From the NCBI GenBank assembly GCA_947085265.1, contig CAMTVR010000012.1, forward strand, positions 178,180 to 242,179: a DNA stretch of 64,000 bases. The letters are read 5' to 3'. The notes beneath the pieces were generated by a model. The model was not told where the DNA came from and ran no database searches. It saw only the letters and a program-made list of their open reading frames with translations. Positions 48,291 through 58,728 of the stretch are shown in pieces; the first letter of the stretch is position 1; every line of letters starts with the position of its first letter. The translations under genes were made by a program, and so were the position numbers. The stretch is from an uncultured Bacillus sp. (GTDB lineage: Bacteria > Bacillota > Bacilli > ZCTH02-B2).

Positions 48291-49445
48291 CTCGTGTGTA
48301 ACAAACGCAAACAGCAACATGACTGACAGCAACGTAATACAGGCTGTGACAAGAAATGGCAGGTGAATATTGGCCGAATACAGCATTGTTGCCAAAAGCG
48401 GCCCGATAATTCTTCCCAGATTGTCCATTGACGTAACCAAACCAGTCGCCACCCCATGTCCTGCGGTGGATTTTTTTGTGACCAATGAAGTGATCAGAGG
48501 ACGAATGAGCGTATTGCCAGCTCCAAAAATCACCACAAATAATGTCGCGGTCCAAAAGTTAGAGGAAAAGAGAATTAATACCATCCCCAGCGACGACACG
48601 AGAAGTCCAATCCCAACCACACGAAGCTCGTGTCCTGGTTTCACTCGCCGCACCACTCCTCCTTGGATCAGGGCGCCGACGATGCCGCTAATGAGCAGGA
48701 TCAGCCCAATTTGGGTTGGCGTAGCCTGGATCTTTACCATTTGATAATACTGTAGCGTCGCTTCCAGGCCGGCAAGTCCATAGGAACCGATAAAAGAAAT
48801 CGCGTAAAGATACTTCAGCGATCCAGTAAATGCTTTCCAACGGGATGTTTTTTGGGTTGCATGTTTTTTCTGTCGGGCTGTCAAGGGCAACGACTCATCG
48901 AGATAAAAAAACGCAAACAAGGTTAACAGCAGAGCAAGCGCCGACGATACAAAAAATGGAAAAGCCAGACCAAAATGGCTGAGAAACCCACCGACGGCAG
49001 GGCCGATGATGAACCCAAGTCCAATGGACATTCCAGCCAGACCCATTCCTTTGTTGCGTTCTTCCTCACTGGTAATATCAGCGATATACGCCATTGCTAC
49101 CGATGTGGCAGCGCCGGAAAAACAGCCCCCTAAGATGCGGGAGATGTACATTAACCAAAGTTTGTCTGTGGCCATGCCGAAGAGAAAGAAACTGATCGCG
49201 TATCCGACAAGTCCTATCATGATCAAGGGACGCCTTCCATATCGATCCGATAATCCTCCCCAAACCGGAGACAGGATAAAAGAAAAAAAGGCATAAATGG
49301 ATAAGAGCCATCCCAAGTGATAAGGCGCAGCCCCCGTCTCTTGAACCAACACAGGCATCACCGGAATAATCAGGCCAAATCCGATAAAAATCGTGATCAA
49401 CAGCAGCATCACGATACCGATTCGTTTGTCCAATGTACTAGCCAA
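48258..49445 (-). CDS. MFS transporter (multidrug-efflux/TetA-like, 12 TM)
   Basis: GGLSDRYGRRPLIMIG MFS signature motif A; hydrophobic periodicity. Confidence 0.85.
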   Translation of the reverse strand: MASTLDKRIGIVMLLLITIFIGFGLIIPVMPVLVQETGAAPYHLGWLLSIYAFFSFILSPVWGGLSDRYGRRPLIMIGLVGYAISFFLFGMATDKLWLMYISRILGGCFSGAATSVAMAYIADITSEEERNKGMGLAGMSIGLGFIIGPAVGGFLSHFGLAFPFFVSSALALLLTLFAFFYLDESLPLTARQKKHATQKTSRWKAFTGSLKYLYAISFIGSYGLAGLEATLQYYQMVKIQATPTQIGLILLISGIVGALIQGGVVRRVKPGHELRVVGIGLLVSSLGMVLILFSSNFWTATLFVVIFGAGNTLIRPLITSLVTKKSTAGHGVATGLVTSMDNLGRIIGPLLATMLYSANIHLPFLVTACITLLSVMLLFAFVTHEKKLAPFASKL

Positions 49446-49636
49446 TTCGCGCAGCCCCCTGCCTAATGTATAATAGAGACCTGTCTTGACTTAGCCGATG
49501 CGGGATGTGTGGATACAACCCTATTTTAGCTGAAAGTGACGTGAGATTCAAAAGAGTTAACATAAGATATGTTATGTATCTATTATATCACAAAAATTCA
49601 TGTTATTATCATAATTAAATCAAGGGAGCTAAATCA

Positions 49637-49669
49637 AGGAAGCCAGACGTTCGGCTTCCTTTTGCTGTT
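49637..49669. terminator. hairpin downstream of tkt (AGGAAGCC-AGACGTTC-GGCTTCCT), likely the tkt terminator
   Basis: perfect 8-bp stem; T-rich on the plus side, weaker on the minus side. Confidence 0.45.
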
Positions 49670-49705
49670 CTCCGTTACTGTTCTCAGAGAATGTTTACAA
49701 AGAAG

Positions 49706-51724
49706 TTATGCAGAAGGATTCAGCAATTGTTTCATTTTGTGTACCACGTGTTCAACGGTAAAACCAAACTCCTGCATCACTCGCTCACCTGGCGCAGAGG
49801 CACCAAACGTGTCGATGCCAAGGATGGCCCCTTTTTCCCCGACATATCTTTCCCAACCCAACGGGCGGGCCATTTCAATCGCCAAACGGGCTGTGATGGA
49901 AGGAGGCAATACCGATTCTTTGTAGCTTTGATCCTGCCGTTCAAAAAGCTCCCAACTAGGCATGCTGACCACACGTACGGGGTAACCCTCCGACAACAGC
50001 TGCTGTTGAGCGCGCAGTGCCAGGGAAACTTCAGAACCCGTGGCGAGAAGGATGCCCAGCGGGGATTCCTTAGGTTCGCTGAGAATATACGCCCCTTTTT
50101 CAAAGTAATCGGGCGCCATTTCTTTCGTCCCTTCCAGAATGGGGAGATTCTGCCTGGTGAGAATCATGGCAACGGGACCATCCGCCTTTTGAACAGCAAA
50201 ACGGTAGGCGGCGGCTGTTTCGTTCGCATCGGCCGGACGAAGCACATACAGTCCAGGAATGGCGCGAAGCGACGGCAGATGTTCGATCGGTTCATGCGTC
50301 GGACCATCCTCCCCGACAGCGATGCTATCATGGGTGAACACATAAACGACAGGCAATTTCATGATCGCTGCCAGACGGATCGCCGGGCGCAAATAGTCGG
50401 AGAAGACGAGAAAAGTACCCCCATAGACCCGCACGCCCCCGTGCAGCAGCATCCCATTGAGCGCCGCCCCCATGGCATGTTCACGAACGCCAAACCAGAT
50501 GTTCCGCCCGGTATAGTCCAGCGCGCGAAACGTTTCTTCTCCTTTCAAGAGCGTTTTGTTGGATGAAGCCAAATCGGCCGAGCCACCAATCAAGGTTGGC
50601 AGCCGACGCGAAATGGCATTGAGAATTTCCCCAGAGGCAGAACGGGTGGCGATGTCTTTATCCGATGAAGCATATGTGGGGATTTCTTCATCCCATCCGG
50701 CAGGCAGTTCGCCATTCATCGCCTGTTTTAATTGCGCCGCCAATTGTGGGTATTTTTCCTCATAGTCACGCATTTTTTCCAACCAGGCGGACTCCTCTTG
50801 TTCTCCCCTGCTTTTTACTTCAGCAAAGAGTTCCCTTACGGATTCGGGAACATAAAATGGCTCTTTCCCCGGCCATCCATAGGTTTCTTTGACCTTTTTC
50901 ACCTCGTCTGGTCCAAGAGGCGCCCCATGAACGTCTGATTTGCCTGCCTTGTTGGGACTGCCATAACCAATGATGGTTCGAATTTCAATCAGCGTGGGCC
51001 GATCCTGTTCCTGTTTGGCTTGAACAATCGCATCATGAATCGCTTGGATATCATTTCCGTCTTCCACCTTTATATAATGCCAACCGTATGCTTCGAAGCG
51101 TTTAGCCACATCTTCCGAAAACGTTAAGTTCGTTTCACCATCCAGTGAAATCTGGTTGGAATCATACAACACGATTAAGCGTCCCAATTTCAAATGTCCT
51201 GCTAAGGATGCGGCCTCACTAGAAATTCCTTCCATAAGGTCACCATCCCCACAGAGAACATATGTATAGTGGTCGATGATGGGGTGGCCAGGACGATTGT
51301 ATGTAGCGGCCAGGTGACGTTCAGCCATCGCCATGCCAACGGCCATGCCAATCCCTTGGCCAAGCGGACCTGTTGTGGCCTCAACACCGGGTGTGTGGCC
51401 GTATTCCGGGTGGCCTGGGGTCAAACTGTTCCACTGGCGAAACTGCTTGATGTCTGACAAGTGAACAGGATATCCGCACAGATGGAGCAGGCTATACAAC
51501 AACATGGAGCCATGTCCGGCCGACAGCACAAAACGATCTCGATTAAACCAGGACGGATTAGCCGGATTATGCTTCATCAACTTTGTCCAGAGAACATAAG
51601 CCATCGGCGCGGCTCCCATTGTGATCCCTGGATGTCCGGAGTTGGCTTGCTCAATCGCGTCAATCGAAAGGGTTCGAATGGTGTTGATCGCTAATTGTTC
51701 CAGCGATGAATCGACAGTCGTCAT
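49706..51724 (-). CDS. tkt: transketolase
   Basis: TPP-binding GHPG/GDG motifs, full length about 672 aa; ATG 51724 with AGGAGG RBS. Confidence 0.95.
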   Translation of the reverse strand: MTTVDSSLEQLAINTIRTLSIDAIEQANSGHPGITMGAAPMAYVLWTKLMKHNPANPSWFNRDRFVLSAGHGSMLLYSLLHLCGYPVHLSDIKQFRQWNSLTPGHPEYGHTPGVEATTGPLGQGIGMAVGMAMAERHLAATYNRPGHPIIDHYTYVLCGDGDLMEGISSEAASLAGHLKLGRLIVLYDSNQISLDGETNLTFSEDVAKRFEAYGWHYIKVEDGNDIQAIHDAIVQAKQEQDRPTLIEIRTIIGYGSPNKAGKSDVHGAPLGPDEVKKVKETYGWPGKEPFYVPESVRELFAEVKSRGEQEESAWLEKMRDYEEKYPQLAAQLKQAMNGELPAGWDEEIPTYASSDKDIATRSASGEILNAISRRLPTLIGGSADLASSNKTLLKGEETFRALDYTGRNIWFGVREHAMGAALNGMLLHGGVRVYGGTFLVFSDYLRPAIRLAAIMKLPVVYVFTHDSIAVGEDGPTHEPIEHLPSLRAIPGLYVLRPADANETAAAYRFAVQKADGPVAMILTRQNLPILEGTKEMAPDYFEKGAYILSEPKESPLGILLATGSEVSLALRAQQQLLSEGYPVRVVSMPSWELFERQDQSYKESVLPPSITARLAIEMARPLGWERYVGEKGAILGIDTFGASAPGERVMQEFGFTVEHVVHKMKQLLNPSA

Positions 51725-51857
51725 GAACCAGATGCCTCCTGTACAGATACTCAATTCGATTTAATGATAACTGAACCACGTCGAAAACAAAAGAGACACC
51801 GTTTTGGCGTCTCTATTAGCGCTTTTCTTTTCATGTTTTGGCCTTTTGAACACCACT

Positions 51858-52283
51858 TTATTGAAAAAATTTGACCTGAGCAGAACCCGCTGTGACCACG
51901 TCACCGTTTTGGTTTACGGCCGCGATGTCAAATGTGGCCACTTTGCCCTCTTCACCATCGCTCACAGCGGTGACTTTGCCACGGCAAGTAAGGACATCCC
52001 CTGGCTTTACCATGCGTTGAAAGCGCACCTTCATCTGCTTGATATCAGCGTTGGCTCCCACCAACGCACGAACATACTGTCCCAAGAATCCCATGCTCAA
52101 CATCCCGTGGGCAATGACACCATCCAAGCCGGCCGACTGGGCAAAGCTGTCGACGGTATGCAACGGGTTAAAGTCTCCAGATGCTCCTGCGTATTTCACT
52201 AATTGAACGCGGTCGATTGGAGGCTTCTCCAGCGCCTCCAATTCCATTCCTTCCTGCAGCTCCGCAAACGTCAACACTTTCAT
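51858..52283 (-). CDS. MaoC-like (R)-specific enoyl-CoA hydratase / dehydratase hot-dog protein
   Basis: hot-dog fold signature DFNPLHTVDSFAQSAGLDGVIAHGML. Confidence 0.8.
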   Translation of the reverse strand: MKVLTFAELQEGMELEALEKPPIDRVQLVKYAGASGDFNPLHTVDSFAQSAGLDGVIAHGMLSMGFLGQYVRALVGANADIKQMKVRFQRMVKPGDVLTCRGKVTAVSDGEEGKVATFDIAAVNQNGDVVTAGSAQVKFFQ

Positions 52284-52299
52284 CTTGGCGGCCTCCCCG

Positions 52300-52749
52300 T
52301 TAAATATCTTGTCTGTACACGATGGTTGAACGGCCTGTCACAACAGGCTGGTTATCGATATCTCTGGCAACGGTTTCAACAATGATGAACGTCATACGGC
52401 CTGAGCTGCCCTGCCGATCAAAAACATTCGTAATCTCACTTTGGATCCAATATTTGTCTCCCGGTCTCATCGGTCTGTGGAAGATGTATTCCTGCTCCCC
52501 GTGCAACACCCGCCGCATTTCAAAGCCAGGCACATCTTTTAAAGGGCTTGGCGCGTTCATGGTCAACGTGGTTGCAAATGTCGGCGGCGCGATAATTCCT
52601 CGATATGGCGTAGATGCCGCATACGCTTCATCGACGTAAATCGGGCAATCATCTCCAACCGCCTCCGCAAATCGGCGGATATGTCCTTTTTCCACTTCAA
52701 TCGTATATACCTCTGTCTTTCTGCCGATGAGACTCTTGTCGATCGTCAT
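52300..52749 (-). CDS. MaoC N-terminal-type hot-dog (FAS1-like dehydratase) protein, partner of the adjacent MaoC
   Basis: hot-dog fold without catalytic motif; adjacent and co-directional with the MaoC gene. Confidence 0.7.
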   Translation of the reverse strand: MTIDKSLIGRKTEVYTIEVEKGHIRRFAEAVGDDCPIYVDEAYAASTPYRGIIAPPTFATTLTMNAPSPLKDVPGFEMRRVLHGEQEYIFHRPMRPGDKYWIQSEITNVFDRQGSSGRMTFIIVETVARDIDNQPVVTGRSTIVYRQDI

Positions 52750-52781
52750 GGTTGCACCACCTCTCTGTCCTTAATATTCGA

Positions 52782-53543
52782 TTAGATCGTAGGCCTTCCG
52801 GCGACATAAAGTATTTGCCCGGTGACATATTCTGCCTCTCGCGATGCTAAAAATGCGGCCACATTGGCAATGTCTTCCGGCGTGCCAGCTCGTTTGATGG
52901 GATTGCGTTTGACAAATTCTTCGATCATGGTTTCAAAAGAAATGCCCATTCTTTCCGCGGTAGCACGGGTCATTTCTGTTTGGATAAACCCAGGGGCAAT
53001 GGCATTTACCGTGATGCCGTAAGGTCCCAATTCAATGGCCATCGTCCGGGTCATGCCTTGAATACCTGCTTTGGCCGCCGAATAGTTCACCTGCCCTCTG
53101 TTACCCAGGGCGGATGTTGAGGAAAGGTTGATGATTCGGCCATACTTTTGCGGGACCATATACTTCTGCGCCTCTCTCGAGCACAAAAAGGTTCCCTTTA
53201 AGTGAATGTCAATCACCGTATTCCAGTCGTCTTCAGTCATCTTGTACAGGAGGTTGTCGCGAATCACGCCGGCATTATTGACGAGAATGTCCAGCTTGCC
53301 AAACTGGTCCGCCACTTTTTTGATGCTTTCTACCACCTGTTCGGCATTGGCAACGTCACATGCCAATGCCAAACCTTCCCCGCCAGCGGCACGGATCTCC
53401 TGCACCACCGTTGCGGCACCATCCAAATTCAGATCAAACACTCCGACACGCGCTCCTTCGGAAGCCAACTTACGGGCAATGGCGGCACCGATGCCGCGTG
53501 CCGCGCCGGTGACGATGGCCACCTGTCCATCAAATTTTCCCAT
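52782..53543 (-). CDS. fabG: 3-oxoacyl-[ACP]/acetoacetyl-CoA reductase (FabG/PhaB-like SDR)
   Basis: TGAARGIG cofactor motif, NNAG, S...YxxxK catalytic triad. Confidence 0.8.
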   Translation of the reverse strand: MGKFDGQVAIVTGAARGIGAAIARKLASEGARVGVFDLNLDGAATVVQEIRAAGGEGLALACDVANAEQVVESIKKVADQFGKLDILVNNAGVIRDNLLYKMTEDDWNTVIDIHLKGTFLCSREAQKYMVPQKYGRIINLSSTSALGNRGQVNYSAAKAGIQGMTRTMAIELGPYGITVNAIAPGFIQTEMTRATAERMGISFETMIEEFVKRNPIKRAGTPEDIANVAAFLASREAEYVTGQILYVAGRPTI

Positions 53544-53657
53544 GCATTTCCTCTCCATTCTTTTTCCATGAACCTTGTTGTTTGAAACACTTTTTTATCG
53601 TTGCCAATTTTAGTTATATCACAATTCAAAGATTTGAGCAAGAATTTTATCCTCTGG

Positions 53658-54152
53658 TTATGAGCGAGTGAAAGGGAAACAATGTTCGCGCAACAGTTTG
53701 TTTAAAAACCCTTGGCATCCAGCTTCAACCAATTCGTAGACTTCCGAAAATCGCCCATTGTAATACGGATCAGGAACTTCAGAGGACCCTTTTTCAGGTG
53801 CAAAATCCATCAACAACCGAATATCGGCGCGATGTTCCCCTGATTGATCAGCCAATGCCTTGATTTCGTTTAAATTGACGCGATCCATGACAAGAATGTA
53901 ATCGAATGCGTTCAAGTCCTCTTCTCTGATTTGGCGAGCGACGAGTCCGGTTCCATCGATCTGCTTTTCTTCCAGGATTTTTCGCGTTCCCTCATGGGGT
54001 GGCTCCCCGACATGCCAGCCTCCAAGTCCGGCAGAATCGATCTCAAAATACTCCGTCAATCCTTTTTCCCGCACGAGATGTCGAAATACCGCTTCCGCCA
54101 TCGGGGATCGACAGATATTGCCTAAGCAAACGAACAATACGCGAAGCTTCAC
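53658..54152 (-). CDS. low-molecular-weight protein tyrosine/arginine phosphatase
   Basis: P-loop VLFVCLGNICRSPMAE (CX5R) plus DPYY motif; GTG 54152 after GAGGTG RBS. Confidence 0.8.
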   Translation of the reverse strand: MKLRVLFVCLGNICRSPMAEAVFRHLVREKGLTEYFEIDSAGLGGWHVGEPPHEGTRKILEEKQIDGTGLVARQIREEDLNAFDYILVMDRVNLNEIKALADQSGEHRADIRLLMDFAPEKGSSEVPDPYYNGRFSEVYELVEAGCQGFLNKLLREHCFPFTRS

Positions 54153-54204
54153 CAAACTTACACCTCTTTTGTGAATGAAATCATGCTCAAGTAGTTTGAA
54201 ACAG

Positions 54205-55005
54205 CTAAGTCCGTCTGAGAATTTGCGGCCAAGGCCTTCCTTCCCGCCATTCGACATGGACAGGTATCCTGTATGCTTTGGTCAGGTTGTGATCACTGAG
54301 GACCGCTTCCTTTTTTCCTAAAGCATGGATGGTACCGTCTGCCATGAGCAGGACGAAATGAAAGACGGGCAAAATTTCTTCAATGTGATGGGTGACGTAA
54401 AGCAGTGTCGGACCTCCTTCCTGCTTGGCCAACTGGGAAATCGTTTGTAAAAGGTGTTCACGAGCAAACAAATCCAGCCCGTTACAAGGTTCATCGAGGA
54501 TCAGCAATTGAGGCTCGGCCATCAGTGCCCGTGCGATGATCACCTTCTGTTTTTCACCTTGTGAAAGCCGGCCAAAGCGGTGACCGGACAACTGTTGACA
54601 TCCTAACCAACCTAAGATTTGTTCGGCTTTTTCGATTTCATTTTCTCCCCACTTTTCGTAGAGACCAAATGTGGCAAATTTCCCGCTGATGACAATGTCT
54701 CGAACCGTTTCACCGGGATTCAAACGCTCTTCCAAGACGGAACTGACCCAGCCAATGGCTTTTCTCACTTCACGCAGATCGCATTCTCCGTACCGGTTGC
54801 CAAGAACGGTGAGATTCCCTTTTGACGGCCAGAGATATCCAGCCACCATCTGCAGTAATGTGGTTTTTCCTGAACCGTTGAGGCCCAAGATCGCCCAGTG
54901 TTCCCCTGTGTTGACCTGCCAATTGATGTTCTTCAGGATATGTTGATCTCCTCGCCACCAATCCAACTGTTCCACGCGAACTGCTGCTTGAGATGCGTTG
55001 TCCAT
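54205..55005 (-). CDS. ABC transporter ATP-binding protein (YlmA-like orphan ATPase)
   Basis: Walker A GLNGSGKTT, ABC signature LSQGEKQK, Walker B LLILDEP. Confidence 0.8.
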   Translation of the reverse strand: MDNASQAAVRVEQLDWWRGDQHILKNINWQVNTGEHWAILGLNGSGKTTLLQMVAGYLWPSKGNLTVLGNRYGECDLREVRKAIGWVSSVLEERLNPGETVRDIVISGKFATFGLYEKWGENEIEKAEQILGWLGCQQLSGHRFGRLSQGEKQKVIIARALMAEPQLLILDEPCNGLDLFAREHLLQTISQLAKQEGGPTLLYVTHHIEEILPVFHFVLLMADGTIHALGKKEAVLSDHNLTKAYRIPVHVEWREGRPWPQILRRT

Positions 55006-55054
55006 CGTTGTTTCCTCCGTGTTTTTGTAGCTCTATTAATTCGGCAAATAACCA

Positions 55055-55504
55055 TCATTTCAAAATTCTCAATGTAACTGCGTTGAGCACCCAGCTGAAC
55101 AAACTCATCAAGAGTGCGCCCCAAAAGGCACCTGCCAATCCATCGATCTGAAAGCTGGGCAACATCCAAGCTGTCATTGCAAAAGTCAGTGCGTTAATGA
55201 CCAATAAAAACAAGCCAAAGGTAAGAAATGTCAATGGCAGTGTAAGCAGAACGAGAAGCGGGCGGACAAGTGCATTGACCACCCCCAAAATCAAGGCTGC
55301 CAATACGGCGGTACCGATTCCCTGAATATGGACACTTGGCAGAAGAGATGCGACGAGAAACAGCGCCAACCCGTTCAGCAGAATCTGAATGACCCATCGC
55401 AAGCGCTTCACCTCCTGATACAAGGTCGTTTCAATCATTCTTCTTTCGTGCGGTTTGTATTCTTGATTCATTTTGGAAGATTCACAGAGTGCGATTGACT
55501 TCAT
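55055..55504 (-). CDS. DUF360 / phage-holin-like four-TM membrane protein
   Basis: four hydrophobic helices with LPxxxxDG repeats typical of the YvlD/DUF360 family. Confidence 0.55.
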   Translation of the reverse strand: MKSIALCESSKMNQEYKPHERRMIETTLYQEVKRLRWVIQILLNGLALFLVASLLPSVHIQGIGTAVLAALILGVVNALVRPLLVLLTLPLTFLTFGLFLLVINALTFAMTAWMLPSFQIDGLAGAFWGALLMSLFSWVLNAVTLRILK

Positions 55505-55581
55505 TTGCCATCGTAGGTCATACTAATCTTATGGTTGCCGATTTTTTTGTGTATCTCAGCAAATGGATGGAGGGATGAGGA

Positions 55582-56646
55582 TTGGCTATCCAATTCCGCG
55601 TCGAAGAAGAATGGATGCAGTTTTACGATCCAACCGACGGATGGAAGCCGTTTTCGCGCAAAACAGAGGTCCGTTACTGCCCCCTGACAGGAGACACATC
55701 GCGCATCCTGGAATACCCGATGGGACGGCTCAATCCTCCTGATTATCGCCCAATCGCTGATAAAACCAAAGACCTGGGCTGTCCTTTTTGCCCGGAAAAT
55801 CTCTTACAAGTGACCCCCAAGTATCCGGAGGCCATCCATGAGGAAGGTCGTTTTAAGCGTGGAGAAGCCGTCGTTTTTCCGAACCTCTTTCCCTATGGAA
55901 AACATAGCGGCGTTGCTATCTTTTCAGGACAGCATTACGTTCCTCTGAATGAGTTTACGGAAGAGATGCTAACGAACGGTTTTCTCGTGGCGTTAGATTG
56001 CTTGAAAGCGATCCATCGAGTCGATCCGACGTCCATATATATGTCCATCAATTGGAATTATATGCCGATGGCAGGAGCCAGCATCATTCATCCTCATCTG
56101 CAGGTGGTGGCCACGCCTCATCCGAGTAATTATCAACGGAAAACGTTGCAAGCGGCCAGGGATTTTGTGGAAAGATATGGAACTAGCTATTACACTTTGC
56201 TGATTCAGGAAGAACGAAAGCATGACCAGCGATGGATTTGCGAAAATGAATCATTGGCCTGGGTCCATGCATTCGCTCCACAGGGTCAGATGGATTTTTT
56301 AGGCATCTTCAAGGGCGGAGAAACCCTCGCTCAGCTGACAGAAGAAAAAATTCGCGAAATGGCCAAAGACCTTTTGGTGATTTTTCGTTACCTCAAAGCA
56401 AATCACTTTGTGAGTTTTAACCTTGGGCTTTTTGTGCCGGCGGTTCCCTCTCCTGGGTACCACGCACATGTACGGATCATCCCTCGAACCACATTGGGAA
56501 TGATCGGAACAAGTGAGATCAATTATTTCAAAGTGCTTCACAATGAATCGCTTTCGCTGAAAAAGCCCGAAGATACAGCACTGGAACTCAAAAAACGCTT
56601 TGAAAAAGAAAGAAATTGCTTCAACAACCCTGTAGATCATCGATGA
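55582..56646 (+). CDS. galactose-1-phosphate uridylyltransferase-like HIT-superfamily protein (GalT branch)
   Basis: Zn-ligand CPFC and histidine-triad-like HPHLQV; TTG start 8 nt after GGAGGG. Confidence 0.7.
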   Translation: MAIQFRVEEEWMQFYDPTDGWKPFSRKTEVRYCPLTGDTSRILEYPMGRLNPPDYRPIADKTKDLGCPFCPENLLQVTPKYPEAIHEEGRFKRGEAVVFPNLFPYGKHSGVAIFSGQHYVPLNEFTEEMLTNGFLVALDCLKAIHRVDPTSIYMSINWNYMPMAGASIIHPHLQVVATPHPSNYQRKTLQAARDFVERYGTSYYTLLIQEERKHDQRWICENESLAWVHAFAPQGQMDFLGIFKGGETLAQLTEEKIREMAKDLLVIFRYLKANHFVSFNLGLFVPAVPSPGYHAHVRIIPRTTLGMIGTSEINYFKVLHNESLSLKKPEDTALELKKRFEKERNCFNNPVDHR

Positions 56647-56720
56647 TTTACAGGGTTCGACAACATTGTCGAGCAATTAAGAATCGTGCGCTTGCCTGGG
56701 AAATAGGAGAGGGAAAAGGA

Positions 56721-57431
56721 TTACCCGGAGTGCTCTTCCTCTTCCAGCCAATTGTAAAACGTAAAATCAGGTGGAGCCCCCTTCAGCCGCCGTTCACGAA
56801 AGCGCATCGCGTGCGCTTGCGCCTCCTGGGGGGTATGGATGTTGTTCCGCTGCCACTCAAAAAGGATCCGATCAATGTATCGGAAATTGAGTTTTCCGCT
56901 CAGGACAGCCTCTTTCAAGGCGGCTTTGACCAGCTCTTCCGAACATCCGTCACGATCCAGCCAGTTGTTGATCATTTCGCACTCCATCGGGGATAGAGGA
57001 CGCCCAAACTCTTCTTCAAAGACGGTGAAAATGGACTTCCTGCTCACCTCACGCGATGGAGCCGCTACCTGCTGGCCAGCCTGGTATGCCCGCCATTTTT
57101 CAAACAAGGGTTCCAGCCTGTAGGATTCAGTCGTCATCCCACTGGCCGGTTCCTGATACTGAGAAATTTTAAGAAGGCCCTTTTGCATCAAGCGCTGAAT
57201 GCGCTGCACAACCTCATGCCGATCACAGGAGAGGCAACTGGCCAGTTCATCAAAGGTGGGAAAGGTGTTCCTTTCAATTTGTCGGAATGCCAGCAGTTGG
57301 ATGATCAACATCATCTCCTCGTCCTGAATTCCCAAGCGCTTGTAATCTCTCAACAAGGAAGCCGGCAAGCTAACGATGGGGTTTTCCCATGTCTTGATAT
57401 AAAAATGATTCTCATCATGGCGCTTGTTCAT
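56721..57431 (-). CDS. dnaD: DNA replication protein DnaD
   Basis: DDBH1/DDBH2 architecture with YxxxIxxxW motif (FRYIDRILFEWQ); B. subtilis synteny aspB-(asnS)-dnaD. Confidence 0.85.
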   Translation of the reverse strand: MNKRHDENHFYIKTWENPIVSLPASLLRDYKRLGIQDEEMMLIIQLLAFRQIERNTFPTFDELASCLSCDRHEVVQRIQRLMQKGLLKISQYQEPASGMTTESYRLEPLFEKWRAYQAGQQVAAPSREVSRKSIFTVFEEEFGRPLSPMECEMINNWLDRDGCSEELVKAALKEAVLSGKLNFRYIDRILFEWQRNNIHTPQEAQAHAMRFRERRLKGAPPDFTFYNWLEEEEHSG

Positions 57432-57452
57432 CTCTCTTGCACCTCAAGCGTA

Positions 57453-58634
57453 TTATCCCTGGACGAAACGTGCAATCCGCTCCATTCCTTTTTCGATCTG
57501 CTGCAGGCTGGTTGCGTATGATAACCGAATATGATTCTTGGTTCCAAAGCCAGAACCAGGTACCACGGCCACCTTCTCCTTTTCCAGCAGCGCTTTGGCC
57601 CATTCGTCGGCACTTTGAAAGGATCCGTGCGGCGTCTGGTAAGCGGATTGTATATTGATATACACATAAAAGGCTCCTTGTGGCGTGCAGGCGGCGAGAC
57701 CCGGGATCCGGTCAATCCATTCCAGCATTTTCCGACGCCGCTCTGTAAAGTGACGTTTCATCTCTTCCAACGGCTCCTGGGTCCCGGTAATCGCTGCAAG
57801 CGCCGCGTATTGTGCGATGGATGTGGGATTGGAGGTGCTGTGACTGGACAGTCTTTCCATTGCCTTGATGATCTCTTTTGGGCCTGCTGCATAACCGATC
57901 CGCCATCCCGTCATGGCATAAGGCTTGGAGACTCCGTTGACGACAATCGTATTGGCCTTCAGCTCCGGACTGAGTGAGGCGATACTGATGTGAACAGCAT
58001 TGTCATAGATCAGCTTTTCATAGATTTCATCAGAAATGATCACGAGCCCCTTGCGCAAACAAACGTTTCCCAGAGCCTCCAGCTCCTGCTTGCTGTAGAT
58101 CATTCCTGTGGGGTTGCTGGGTGAGTTGAGCAAGAAGATTTTCGTCTTCGGGGTAATCGCCGCTTCCAGTTGGTCCGGCGTGATTTTAAATTGATTGTCC
58201 TCTCTTCCCTCGATAAAAACGGGGATTGCGCCTGCCAGTTTGACCTGTTCGGGATAACTGACCCAATACGGGACAGGGATGATCACCTCATCGCCAGGTT
58301 CACATAATACCTGAAACAGGTTGTACAAAGCATGTTTCGCTCCCGCCGTGACCACCACTTCATCAGCGGTGTACCTCAACTGGTTATCCTGTTGAAGCTT
58401 GTCCGCAATGGCCTGTTTCAACTCAAGAATCCCGCCAGCCGGCGTGTATTTGGTATAGCCTTTTTGCATCGCCTCGATGGCGGCTTGGATAATGTGCTGG
58501 GGTGTGTTAAAGTCTGGTTCTCCGGCACCGAAACCGACAACATCCAGACCTTGTGCCCTCATTTCTTTCGCTTTGGCCGTGATGGCCAATGTCGGTGAAG
58601 GCAAAATTTGTCGCACACGTTCAGATAGGTTCAT
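57453..58634 (-). CDS. aspB: aspartate aminotransferase (class I aminotransferase)
   Basis: PLP-lysine motif region (SKPYAMTGWRIGY) and GAGEPDFNTP N-terminus; ATG 58634. Confidence 0.9.
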   Translation of the reverse strand: MNLSERVRQILPSPTLAITAKAKEMRAQGLDVVGFGAGEPDFNTPQHIIQAAIEAMQKGYTKYTPAGGILELKQAIADKLQQDNQLRYTADEVVVTAGAKHALYNLFQVLCEPGDEVIIPVPYWVSYPEQVKLAGAIPVFIEGREDNQFKITPDQLEAAITPKTKIFLLNSPSNPTGMIYSKQELEALGNVCLRKGLVIISDEIYEKLIYDNAVHISIASLSPELKANTIVVNGVSKPYAMTGWRIGYAAGPKEIIKAMERLSSHSTSNPTSIAQYAALAAITGTQEPLEEMKRHFTERRRKMLEWIDRIPGLAACTPQGAFYVYINIQSAYQTPHGSFQSADEWAKALLEKEKVAVVPGSGFGTKNHIRLSYATSLQQIEKGMERIARFVQG

Positions 58635-58689
58635 CTTTGTCCCCCATTTCACGAATTCAACAATCATCCTCTATTTTACCTGTTCTCTA

Positions 58690-58728
58690 GAGAAAGGAAA
58701 AGCCAGACCGTTTAAACGGCCTGGTCTG
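58690..58728 (-). terminator. terminator of the ftsH-like gene (hairpin spans its stop codon)
   Basis: on the minus strand, CCAGGCCG-TTTAAA-CGGTCTGG (1 mismatch) followed by CTTTTCCTTTCTC. Confidence 0.55.
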
